Positions 1 through 10,892 of a stretch of DNA of 64,000 bases are shown piece after piece. How positions within the stretch are numbered: the first letter of the stretch is position 1; every line of letters starts with the position of its first letter. The translations under genes were made by a program, and so were the position numbers. Origin of the DNA: Eledone cirrhosa (taxonomy: Eukaryota); assembly GCA_964016885.1 (NCBI GenBank), contig OZ024749.1, positions 17,546,001-17,610,000 of the forward strand. The letters run 5' to 3'. The notes under the pieces are model-generated. The model saw only the letters and a list, made by a program, of their open reading frames with translations, was not told the DNA's origin and searched no databases.

Positions 1-135
1 ATCTATTAACATCTATCTTCCATGGGTTACACAAGTCCTATTTTGAGGCAAGTTGTGTAGGGTGACCGTGACAGCTCATATAGGGGTGTTTCTGGCTGGA
101 TGCCCTTCCTAATGCCAACCACATTGACAATGTGG
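1..135 (-). mobile_element. RTE LINE 3' UTR fragment
   Basis: Near-copy of 39920-40070. It carries the ggatgcccttcctaa..ccaaccac motif shared by the RTE 3' ends in this window. Confidence 0.6.
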
Positions 136-813
136 TGCCTGGAGTCCCTGGATGCCCTCATACGCAGACACCCAGTTGCACCGGACTGAACTCCTCGCCC
201 ACTTCAGGTGTTATGGACTTGCGAACCAGCTTGGCAGCCAGCCCCTGGAAGACATTGCCCACAGAGATGGGGCATATGCCACTCTCTTTCTTCCTGAGAG
301 CGGTCAGGCTAGTTGAAATAGAGGCCTTGGGCATGAGGGTCCAGGGCATCATGGATTAGCTTATTGGTGAGTGCCACAATTGCACTCAGAAGGCAGCGCC
401 CGGCCTCAGTGGAGAGGGTGGATTGCAACTCCTTGAGGTGGCCAGGCCGGATACCATCAGCACCTCCACTGTTGCTAGCTGGGAAGGACTTGATGGCAGA
501 CATGATGTCTGCATTGGAAGCCAGAAGGAACAAGTGGGGATCGGGTGGAGCTATGGGTCTGAGATCAGCGAGTGGTTCAGGTTGCTTGAGTCGCAGGGCA
601 GCCAGGACCTCCTCGGTGGATTGGAGAACAGTGTCCTCTGAGGCAACCAGTCTGACTGCAGCTGATGACCCATGATTAATTTGGCATTTACACGGTCACA
701 CAAACGCTTGGTGCTGCCCTCAAGGGTGGAGGATTGGGGGCACCCGAGAGCGGGGTGTGTCGTGTCCTTAGGCATGCTTGGAATGGACACTTGCCCAAAG
801 GACAAAACATTGG
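136..813 (-). mobile_element. Degenerate CRE-like non-LTR retrotransposon RT fragment
   Basis: Frameshifted ORFs 309-533 and 158-352 give SFPASNSGGADGIRPGHLKEL and LTALRKKESGICPISVGNVFQGLAAK..PVQLGV. These resemble the early RT motifs of CRE-type elements. The segment is GC-rich relative to its flanks. Confidence 0.7.
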
Positions 814-844
814 CTGTGTTTTTCATATTTCACACTGATAGGGT

Positions 845-1339
845 TTACCGCAAGTGTTGACTACGTAGGTGAACAAACATTGACGAATTCTGATTGAAAG
901 ATTTACCACGTACTTCACATGAATAAGGTTTTTCACCAGTATGTATTCTTTTGTGACGTTCAAGATTAGAACTATGAGAAAAAGATTTCCCACATGTTTC
1001 ATATGAATAAGGTTTTTCACCAGTATGTGATCTTTTGTGATTATCAAGTTGCGAACTCTGAGAAAAAGATTCCCCACATATTTCACAATGGAAGGGTTTT
1101 TCTCCAGTGTGACTCCGTACGTAGATGACAAGATTAGAATTATTTATGAAAGATTTCTCACATATTTCACAGTGGAAGGGTTTTTGTCCAGTGTGACTCC
1201 GTGTGTGGATGACAAGAGCAGAATTATAAAAAAAAAAATTACCACATATTTCAGTGGAAGGGTTTTTCTCGTGTGAGAATAGTTTCAGTTTTGAAGAGAA
1301 CGTTTTCCTGCAAATCTCAGTTATATTCAGACATTTCAT
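845..1339 (-). pseudogene. C2H2 zinc-finger unit 1, damaged
   Basis: TGEKP-linked CxxC/HxxxH repeats. Small deletions affect fingers 1-2, and there are H>Y, C>Y and C>R changes. It ends in the family terminus HLRSQHLR*. Confidence 0.85.
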
Positions 1340-1789
1340 AAAGGAATCTCACCACTTCCACTCAAATATTAAGAAATGTAGCATTCAGTTGTATATTCAG
1401 TTGTAACAAGATGTATGAAAGCGTAGGACTGATCTTGGGAGAAGAAAAAGCAAGTGCTAATATATATATGTGTGTGTGTGTATTTTTATTTTTGTTAAAG
1501 TGAGAGAAAGCTCTATTCACAATAACATCCTCAGCTCATAAAACAGACGAATAAGTCTTCGCAATTTAAGGTTCTTATTATTGACGACAGTTCAGGTGAC
1601 AAGAGGGGGACACACAAGAAGGTAGAATGTTAGCAAATAAATAAATGAATGGATGAATATACAAAAAAGAAAACGGGGTTGTTCCCAGCGGAAAGACCCA
1701 GAGTTCAGCACGCACACATGCGAGCATGTTAGCAGTTTCTCACAGAACCTTGTGGCTAAATGAGAGTCTTTCAATCCTGAAAACATGTG

Positions 1790-2145
1790 TTGTTGTTATT
1801 GTCACTGATGATGGAGTTGGCTTCTTCTTGTTAATAGTAGTGGTAGTGTTTGTTGGCAAGATGTTGGTGTATACACATATATGTTGTTGTTGCTGCCTTC
1901 CTCTTGTTAATAGTAGTGGTAGTGTTTGCTGGTAAGATGTTGGTGTATACACATATGTTGTTGTTGTTAATGTCACTGTTTCTGTCGTTGCCTTCCTCTT
2001 GTTAATGGTAGTGATAATTGTTGGTGCTACCTATATCGGCTGTCAAGCTGGCTGCTATATCAGCTTCTGTGAGTGACGCTCCAATGGCCTTCTTGACCAA
2101 AGATGCAGGTCAATGGCTTTTGGCATCGTTTGGCAACACAACAGC
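1790..2145 (-). mobile_element. Possible ORF1/gag remnant, paralogous to 41410-41790
   Basis: One minus frame reads VAKRCQKPLTCIFGQEGHW, like a decayed zinc knuckle, followed by Thr-rich low-complexity sequence. Confidence 0.3.
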
Positions 2146-2199
2146 AAATAAATATATTCTCTATATATTTTCTTTCTTTCTGATCCAATTCAATATCAT

Positions 2200-3250
2200 C
2201 AATTGGAAAGACCAATGGAAACATTATTTCCTTGGTCCAATCTTATGAGTTCCACTCCACTTGGTAAGTAAGAACTGAGATGAGATTTATTACAAAAAAC
2301 CCCACTAAAATCAAGATACTGGGTTGGTATAACTACCTGGTTTGTATATGTCTGTTGTAGTGTGGTATGTGGTGTGTGAAATGGCTGAAGAAAAAGTGAA
2401 GAAAGTTGTAAAGTATTTTCAAATGTGAATTATTTTTTTAAAAAGTCAAAATTTCAACTGTCAGGAAAGTACCATCCAACAAATATTAAAGTTATGCAAT
2501 TGTTTTTATTTACACATGTGGATAATTTGCCATAAATATAAATATAAACCAGTTAAGGTTTACAAAATAAAGAAATAAACACATCAATGTTTGTTTTTTT
2601 TTAAATGATGTAGTCGTAAGGGTGTCACTGTGAACATTTGAAGCTTGGTGAAGCCCTTCACTCTCCAAGTTTGAACAGTTGATTTCTTCCAAAGGAGAGA
2701 GAAAAAGAGGGAGGAAGTGAGAAAGAAATATAGAGAGGAAGAACAGACCCCAGTGATAGATTGGTATTGTTTTTTTTATTAACCTTGAATAGACGAAAGA
2801 AAGTTGACCTCAGCAGGATTTAAACTCAGAGAGAAGAGAACCAGGATAAATATGGCAGAAAGCATTCTATGTATTGTTTTATAGACTTTAAATAAATGTT
2901 TCTACTTTTGACTCAAGGCCAGCAATTTGAAGAGAAAGGGGAATGCCCAGTGCATTACTGTTACTATTTTTTATCAACCTTGAATGGATGAAAGTCAAAG
3001 TTGACCATGGCATGATTTAAACCCAGAACATAAAGGACTGTAACTTTATGACACAAAGCATATCGTCTGACACTCTACTGATTCTGCAAATCCACCACCC
3101 TCAACAATGAAATGAGATTGTGTCTCTGTAATAGCCCTTAATGACAAATAATATGAAGGGGTACTTTCTACAGGGTGTATTTGTTAATTACAATACAAAA
3201 CCTCTGAGATTGATTTCCAATATATTTCACGATAATAAATGTTCATCAAT
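2200..3250. repeat. Cluster downstream block (block X)
   Basis: Homologous copies at about 17150-18200, 20340-21470, 28960-30150, 41850-42990 and, partially, 50005-50355. Confidence 0.85.
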
Positions 3251-3307
3251 ATATATTGAGTAATGTATTAAAAATAAAAATAATAAAATATATATGTATA
3301 CACACAC

Positions 3308-3805
3308 GGAGTATGCAGACCCAGAAAAACCCGGGACGACTTGATAAGTTCCGACCTCACATACTTACACCTCTCCAAGACAATGTCACTGGACCGAGAT
3401 CTTTGGCGCTACGCAGTAATACAGAAGACCCACCTTGCCTAAGTGCAAAGCGAAACCTACCATCAGTAGGCACCTCTTACCAAAATACACCCCCGTCCAA
3501 TCCACACCACCCGCTTTCGATGTAAAGTTATGTTGGTACCACAACATCCAGTCCTAAATAAATGAGGTCGTGTAGGTGTAACGACAAAAAACAGTCCACG
3601 CTGTAATGTGGCCGTGTAGGTAACACGGTAAAACCATCCCAGTTCCACACTGTAAACGTGGTTGGTGTTAAGGGCATCCAGCCGTAGAAACCCGCCAGAC
3701 AGTCCTATACGAGCAAGACAACCAATCTTGCCTCAAGTGGGAAAATTCCCGTCCAAACCCATGCTAGCCTGGAAGATGGACGTTAACGATGATGATGATG
3801 ATGAC
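3308..3805 (+). mobile_element. RTE LINE 3' end
   Basis: Encodes an ORF terminus like RPRKTRDD..MSLDRDLWRYAVI, followed by a 3' UTR and (GAT)n tail. Inserted in a CA/TA microsatellite. Confidence 0.8.
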
Positions 3806-3922
3806 ACACACACAACATATACGTTGTGATGTGTAAGATTTCTCAAGCTTCACATTTTCTATTCTGCCTTCCAAAGTGTGTCTATATATATATGGGTTTT
3901 TCATATTTCACAGTGATGTGGT

Positions 3923-4224
<302 letters not shown>

Positions 4225-4960
4225 ATTTCATAAAGGAATCTCACCACTTCCACTCATATAATAAGAAATGTAGCATTCAGTTGGTAAAGTAATAAGATGT
4301 ATGAAAGAGTAAGACTGGTTAATATATATACAGACATACAGTGTGTACGTATGAGAGAGAGAAATAGACGTGTGTGTGTGTGTGTAGAAATATGTGTGTA
4401 GGTGTTGTAATAAATCAAGATATTTCACTTCAGATAGAAAAGTTCACAATGTTTGGAAAACGAAATACCTACTTTAGTTTTCAAGACCAAATATAAAGTC
4501 AAGAAAAGTTAGTAAAAACTAAATGTTCACTGATTTCTGATTAAAATAATATTTTCCTGTCCTGTAAAATGTTGAACAACCACTTCAATATTTAATAATA
4601 CAGGTGATAAAACAACAACTATATAAGTCACCTTATGTTTTTTACACCTCAATATGAAATAATCACCATAAAAGATAAAATTAGATGAGGTTTAAGTTGT
4701 AACAATGGAGCTGATATAAATGGTAATATCTCACTGTCTAGTTGACGCCGGTGTAATGACTAAAAGGTCCCCTACATAATTTAATACATTCAGAAACAAC
4801 TTCCGTTATGTTAATTCACACCTTCAATCGATATGTTAGTAATTTATTCACATTTGTATAAATAATATTATTAATTTTACATAACTGTTCATATTAAAAC
4901 AAAACACATTATTAAAGGTAATAAACTAGAAATGTAAATAACGAAAAATGAAAATGAATG
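4225..4960. repeat. Cluster upstream block (block Y)
   Basis: Homologous copies at 1340-1600 (partial), 19180-19790, 23530-25220, 35465-37330 and 45160-46490. A diverged copy lies at 56340-56700 and an orphan piece at 6565-6745. Confidence 0.85.
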
Positions 4961-4972
4961 ACGCTACTAAAA

Positions 4973-5160
4973 TAATTGTTTCTATTTTTGGCACAAGGCC
5001 GGCAATTAACCCATTGCATTACTGGTACTTTATTTTATCGACCCCATAAGGATGAAAAGCAAAGTTAACCTGGGCAGGATTTGAACTCAGACCGTAAAGG
5101 GGCGTGACTCCGTGGTTCAAAACATGGCGTCCGACCCTCTACTCATACTGGTAATCCACC
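4973..5160 (-). mobile_element. tRNA-derived SINE
   Basis: Reverse complement of the family with the GAGTTCAAATCC B-box and the gcctttcatccttacggggtcgataaaataaagtaccag core. Confidence 0.8.
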
Positions 5161-5384
5161 TAATGGGAGAGGGACAGACACTATACTCCTGTCTGAGCTG
5201 TGACTCAACCCCTCCCTATCTTCCTCTTCTCTCTATTACAGGCAGTGAAGCCTGGGTTTGTGGTCGCTATCAAAAGGTTGGAGGCAGAGATCCAACCCAT
5301 GCTAAACATCCAACTAATTCTGCTACTTGTCTTTTTCAGCTGTGGAGATTAGAGACATGTAGAATGATGTGTCTTCACTATATA

Positions 5385-5424
<40 letters not shown>

Positions 5425-5504
5425 CACATATATGTGTGTGTGTATAGACATTTATATATATGTGAGTGCGTATGTACATATGCATACATATGTGCTATAT
5501 ATAT

Positions 5505-6483
5505 GAAACAAACAAAGCATTTAATATTGGCTGTTGGAACATACAGACAAGGCTTGACAGGGATTCCTCTGAACGTTCTGAACGTTGCAAAGGAGCTTCG
5601 TCGTTACAATCTTCACATCGTGGCTTTATCCGAGACAAGGTTAGCTAACCTGCCCCTGGTAAGCAGTACAGTGAACCAAATAAGTACGGTAAACGACTTG
5701 GAGTAGTTGATCAGTTTGTCTACCTGGGAAGCACTGTCAATCGATACAGCAAGGATGAAGGATTCTAGAATACCGAAACAACTCTTTTATGGAGAGTTAG
5801 TTAAAGGAAAACGACCACCACATAAACCAAAAAAGAGGTATAAGGATTCGTTGAAAGCCTCTTTGAAAGACGCTAACATCTCTGCTGATACATGGAAAAG
5901 CATAGCTGCTGATTGTAATAAATGGAGAAAGACTGTACATGAGGTGAAAGTTGCTTTTGAAGCATCTCGAATCGCATACGAGAAAGTAAAAAGGGATGAG
6001 AGGAAGGGCATTGTTGTTGCATTTCCTGATAGCGAAGGTCCTCCTATGGCGCTGACATGCAGTGTCTGTGCGAGACTCTGCCTCAGCAAAGCTGGACTCG
6101 AAAGTCATCTTCACAGTCATAAAGTGAGACCAGTTGTTGACTATCAGGCTGCTGTTGTAGATGCTACTCATCATGCCTGTCAAACATGTGGAAGAGAATA
6201 TAGATCAACAGGAGGGCTCAAACGACATGCAAAAGTACATGAAATCCAAGCACAGCCAACTATTGCCAGTTAACATTTTGGTTGCCAGCTCTGTGCAAGA
6301 CATTTTAGATCATTGGCTGGGCTTAAAAGCCACATTCAATCGCAACACCGTTAATTGTTGTGTGTATATGTATGTTTGTGTGTATGTGTATAGGTGTGTG
6401 TGAGTATAAATATATATATATTTTATTATTATTTTTTTGTTCGTGCAATGACCATACTCGATAACGAGGGGGCAGCCATCATA
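5505..6483 (+). mobile_element. Internally deleted RTE/BovB-like LINE with three C-terminal C2H2 fingers
   Basis: The AP-endonuclease N-terminus (FNIGCWNI, HIVALSETRL) joins the C-terminus RMKDSRIPKQLFYGEL..KRYKDSLK. Three C2H2 fingers follow, the third in frame after TAA 6271-6273. Confidence 0.8.
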
Positions 6484-6780
6484 TGTGACTGTGTACATAT
6501 ATAGCAATAATTTGAGGGTTGCGTTGGTAGTTGATGGTGTTATAGTGTTGGTTCATTTCAACTTAATTTGAAATAATCACCATAAAAGATAAAATTAGAT
6601 GCGGTTTAAATTGCAACAAGGGAGCTGATATAAATGGTAATATTTCACTGTCTAGTTGACACCGGTGACATGACTTAAAACTCCCCTACATAATTTAATA
6701 CATTCAGAAACAACTTCAGTTATATTAATTCACACCTACAATCCAATTTTCGTTAAACTCCATCTAATGCTGCTACTCGG

Positions 6781-6818
6781 CTTTTTGAGCTGTACTGATT
6801 GGAAACACGTGAAATGAA

Positions 6819-6904
<86 letters not shown>

Positions 6905-6950
6905 ATATATACATCATTTCACACGTCTCCAATCAGCTCAGCTGAAAAAG
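6781..6950. repeat. Inverted repeat flanking a (TA)n/(CA)n microsatellite
   Basis: Imperfect arms of about 37 bp: ctttttgagctg..gtgaaatga and tcatttcac..cagctgaaaaag. Confidence 0.75.
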
Positions 6951-6958
6951 ATAGATAT

Positions 6959-9621
6959 TTAGCAGTATTGGTTATAGAGTAGTCGCCACTTTAACAGGGT
7001 AGATGATTGAAGGTCGTTAGTTGCCAGTGTGGTAAGTGATAGTATCCTCGTTGGATTATCTTGTTGACATAGACGTGAGGGAAGGTCCCTCGATCTATTT
7101 ACCATCTATTTACAATATTCCTTTCGTCAGGTCGCCAATTCCAGCAGCATGGATTATAGATGTTATTGAGACACGAGTAACATAATAATGATTTCAACAG
7201 CAGTAATTAGAGATGAAATGTATGTTTATTTATATGGTTGAAGTTACAGATAAAAAGAGGTTACAAAAGGGAATGTGCCATTGCGCCGTTAAGCCGGTGA
7301 GGCTAGGGGTGCAATATCTCACTGTTACATTATGCGTGTTGTTGGCTCGAAGTTTCTGGTACAAGAGAGAGATTCTTCAAATCTTCGCGGGGAATTTCTT
7401 CCTCAGGGCGCGTAGGGATACATCCTCTTCTACTGGCGCTGATTGGCTGAACTGAGCCAAATCACGCACAGAGAATGTATGTGAGCCCGCGGAATGTAGG
7501 TCACTACATCACCTCCGACCAGATTTTCAGCCGAAAATCGATAACGAAGAAACCAAGGACCCACATATTATTGAATCAGCAAGAACAAATGCTGAAAGAG
7601 CACGTCAGTGAAAAAATAATTGAGCAGAAAGATTCATGCAAGAACAAAAAAAAAAATTAGGCGCGACTAGCTGTTTTGTAGTTTAAACGAGACCCTCAAG
7701 GGCCTACCAGAAAACAGATAAAGTCTGACATGGGCGAAGTTGCTGTTCTTGCATTAAATGTTAATGGTAAGCGTTGCACCAGTAGCTGTGAACGAAGCTA
7801 TTATGGTAGTTTACCAGTGCTGGCGAGAAAATGATGGCCCCCAGATGTATTGTCGAATGTGCTGTGGAGCCAGGAAAAAATGGCTGGTTGCTTTTTGTAA
7901 AGAAAATAAAGGCAAGTTTAATCTGTAGGTGGGCTGCAGTGTAAATTCCATAATTCGGGCGAATCCACAGAAGTGGCTGAAATATTGACAAGTCCAGTTC
8001 AATTTGTTGCTTTCCCAGCGAGTCGGGCAAAAACAACAAGACGGATGGCCGTCATGGACGATCAGTGTGCAACGAGATGCGAAGCTGTTTGAGTTCAGCT
8101 GCAATTAGTATTCTCGTGTTGCGGTGCCTGTTTGAATCCAGTGGATTAAGCTCTGTGAGCTGCTAGCATGTGACAGCATCTCAACCAGGTGAAAAGGGAC
8201 TCGCAGAATATTACGTTTGAAGAACATATACCAAGAACAACATGTTGGTGTGTGATAAAAAAAATGTGTGCATATGCAGGCATGTAAAACAGCAAAGAAT
8301 GTGAATGAACAAAAACCATGAGCAAACAAATAGCAAAAGAGCACAAAACAAGTAAATGCATTCTACAAAGAAATATGTGAATGTAACAAACTGATAATTC
8401 AAAGTCAGTCTAGGGGAGCAGAGAAATTGCTCAATAAGTTCAAAGTTTTTCAAAGTCAAATAGTTCACACATCACCAGTGTACAGACACTAGTTTTATCT
8501 GAAAACTGAAAAAGAAGTTTGCTAATGCCGTTAGGGGTTAGATGTATGGTGTTTTTGTGAGATTTCGTGGCCATCTTGTGTGGCATAAGGTTGTGTTGCT
8601 TATTGTTAAAGCAAAGTCAAAGAATCTTCTGTAGAGTAGCGGTCACCAAACATGGCACCCACGTCTGACGCCATAATGGTGAGAAAACTACTGTCTCAAT
8701 TTCTCGCATCCCTGTGGTAACGAGACAGAAGGTATGGTGGTTGCGTCGGTAAAGTTACAAGCCGTTTTGAAATTTCCGATGTGTGGTGGTTTGCGTCGGT
8801 AAGGCTATGAAGCTGCCACTCACTATTCCCTGTTTTGGTCAGTGGCTAAACAATGTTGTCGCTGCTGCTGCTGTCTTTGTTGATCGTAGACAGGAGTTGT
8901 CGGTAGCCATTTTGAAATTTCTTCGTGGCGAAAAGTTTTTGAAATACTGCTAATTTTTCAAAAATCTTAAAAGGAATATTTTTTATTTTCGCAAGTTGCG
9001 AAAAGGTTGGCAACGTGGCAATAAAAGTTCAACTGAATGAAAAAGGAGGGCTACGTTAAATTCTCACGTCGGGGTCACCACTTTAGCAGTATTGGTTATA
9101 GAGTAGTCGCCACTTTAACAGGGTAGATGATTGAAGGTCGTTAGTTGCCAGTGTAGTAAGTGATAGTATCCTCGTTGGATTATCTTGTTGACATAGACGT
9201 GAGGGAAGGTCCCTCGATCTATTTACAATATTCCTTTCGTCAGGTCGCCAATTCCAGCAGCATGGATTATAGATGTTATTGAGACACGAGTAACATAATA
9301 ATGATTTCAACAGCAGTAATTAGAGATGAAATGTATGTTTATTTATATGGTTGATGTTACAGATAAAAAGAGGTTACAAAAGGGAATGTGCCATTGCGCC
9401 GTTAAGCCGGTGAGGCTAGGGGTGCAATATCTCACTGTTACATTATGCGTGTTGCTGGCTCGAAGTTTCTGGTACAAGAGAGAGATTCTTCAAATCTTCG
9501 CGGGGAATTTCTTCCTCAGGGCGCGTAGGGATACATCCTCTTCTACTGGCGCTGATTGGCTGAACTGAGCCAAATCATGCACAGAGAATGTATGTGAGCC
9601 CGCGGAATGTAGGTCACTACA
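6959..9621 (-). mobile_element. Non-autonomous LTR retrotransposon with two LTRs
   Basis: LTRs at 6959-7508 and 9083-9621 are near-identical. 5-bp TSD GATAT at 6954-6958 and 9622-9626. PBS at 9064-9080 and purine-rich GGTCGGAGGTGA before the 3' LTR. No long internal ORF. Confidence 0.9.
9064..9080 (-). promoter_or_regulatory. Primer binding site complementary to the tRNA-Trp 3' end
   Basis: TGGTGACCCCGACGTGA lies 2 nt inside the 5' LTR. The plus strand TCACGTCGGGGTCACCA matches the 3' end of metazoan tRNA-Trp including CCA. Confidence 0.85.
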
Positions 9622-9767
9622 GATATATTAGCAGAAATATATGATTGAGAAAACAAATCTCTTAAATTGTATTCTTTACACCATATTTCATCTGAATGGG
9701 TAACATTCGTTTTCTGATGGAAGGAATTAAATAAGATTTATATACCTCCGTAGCAGGTATATATATA

Positions 9768-10482
9768 TATAACGGCGGCGAAGATTCGAAACCGAATCTG
9801 AGCTTTCCCGCCTCTGGGACAAGCCGTGGTAACTTGTTTACGCTCAAGAGACTAACCCCTTGGGAGAGGCTAAACAAAGGTCAGAGGTGTTTACGCCTGA
9901 CAGAAAATAGGTCAGAGGATATATCCATCTTTCTGACTTGTTTACGCTTGGCATACTAATCACTTGGGAGACTAACCAAAGTTCAGAGGATATATCTATC
10001 CTTCTAACTTCAACTCTTATAAATACAGGGATTGTTTACGCCTAAAACAGAAAAGAAGTGGATACAGACAAGACGAGACGTTTTTACAGGCTCTCGTCAC
10101 GAAAAACCAGTCTGCCATTTATTCTCACCTTCCTGGCTGATCGCTGACTCCTGCAATACAAATAAGTAAATATACTGATACGCCGCACACACGCATTCAT
10201 AGTGAGGCCAGCATTTGTACACGCACAATTCATTTCTGTTTACACATATTATAATCGTATTCTGTGATATTTGAATTTACGTGGCTCGGAGAGCCACCAA
10301 ATTATTGTATGAATATTTTGTGTCAATTATTTCATCATTCAATATTCAAATTGAATATTGTTGTAATAAAATAAACTTTGTAACAACACTGCTGGTATTT
10401 TTATTTACACCGAAACCACCATACCAACAGTTACATCCATCCATCCACTTGTCGTTACAACCACACATAATATTCCGTTACA
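9768..10482 (+). mobile_element. Solo LTR, copy A
   Basis: Termini TATAACG..CGTTACA, internal TATAAA and AATAAA, and repeated tgtttacgc motifs. A near-identical inverted copy lies at 57805-58515. Confidence 0.85.
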
Positions 10483-10629
10483 TATATATAATTATTATTA
10501 TTGTTTATTCTTCAACCTTTAAATGTAAACATACCGTTAGTCCCTCGGCACCCTAAAGACCCATTAATAAGTGTAAATAGATATCGAGACTATTAACAGT
10601 TTAAATCTGCCTTTGCACCTTTATATTCA

Positions 10630-10695
10630 CATATCTGAAGAGATGTCAAATAAAGCGTCGGTTCCCTAATCTGATATCGAAACAATTGTAATATG
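10630..10695 (+). ncRNA. Type I hammerhead ribozyme, orphan
   Basis: Stem I catat/atatg, core CTGAAGA, stem II gatgtca/tgatatc, GAAA, minimal stem III C-AATT-G and cleavage triplet GTA. AATAAA follows. Confidence 0.8.
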
Positions 10696-10892
10696 CCAAT
10701 AAAGTTTGTACTTATACTGCAACACTGACTTCGATTCTTTACAATCTATACTCTGTAAATTACAGCCGTAACCCTGGAATACATCCTAATCGAGACGAAC
10801 TCCGTAACAGCATTGAGTCCTTCGAACGGTGCGTAACTGTAGTTACACACCTAACTATCACATACATACACAGACATATATTTACATATAAA

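Noticed and set aside
7213-7455. Duplicated 80-aa ORF, also at 9326-9568
   Set aside because: It is duplicated only because it lies in the LTRs, is antisense to the element, and has no recognisable domain.
9064-9080. tRNA-Trp gene
   Set aside because: Only the last 17 nt including CCA are present, next to an LTR, so this is a primer binding site.
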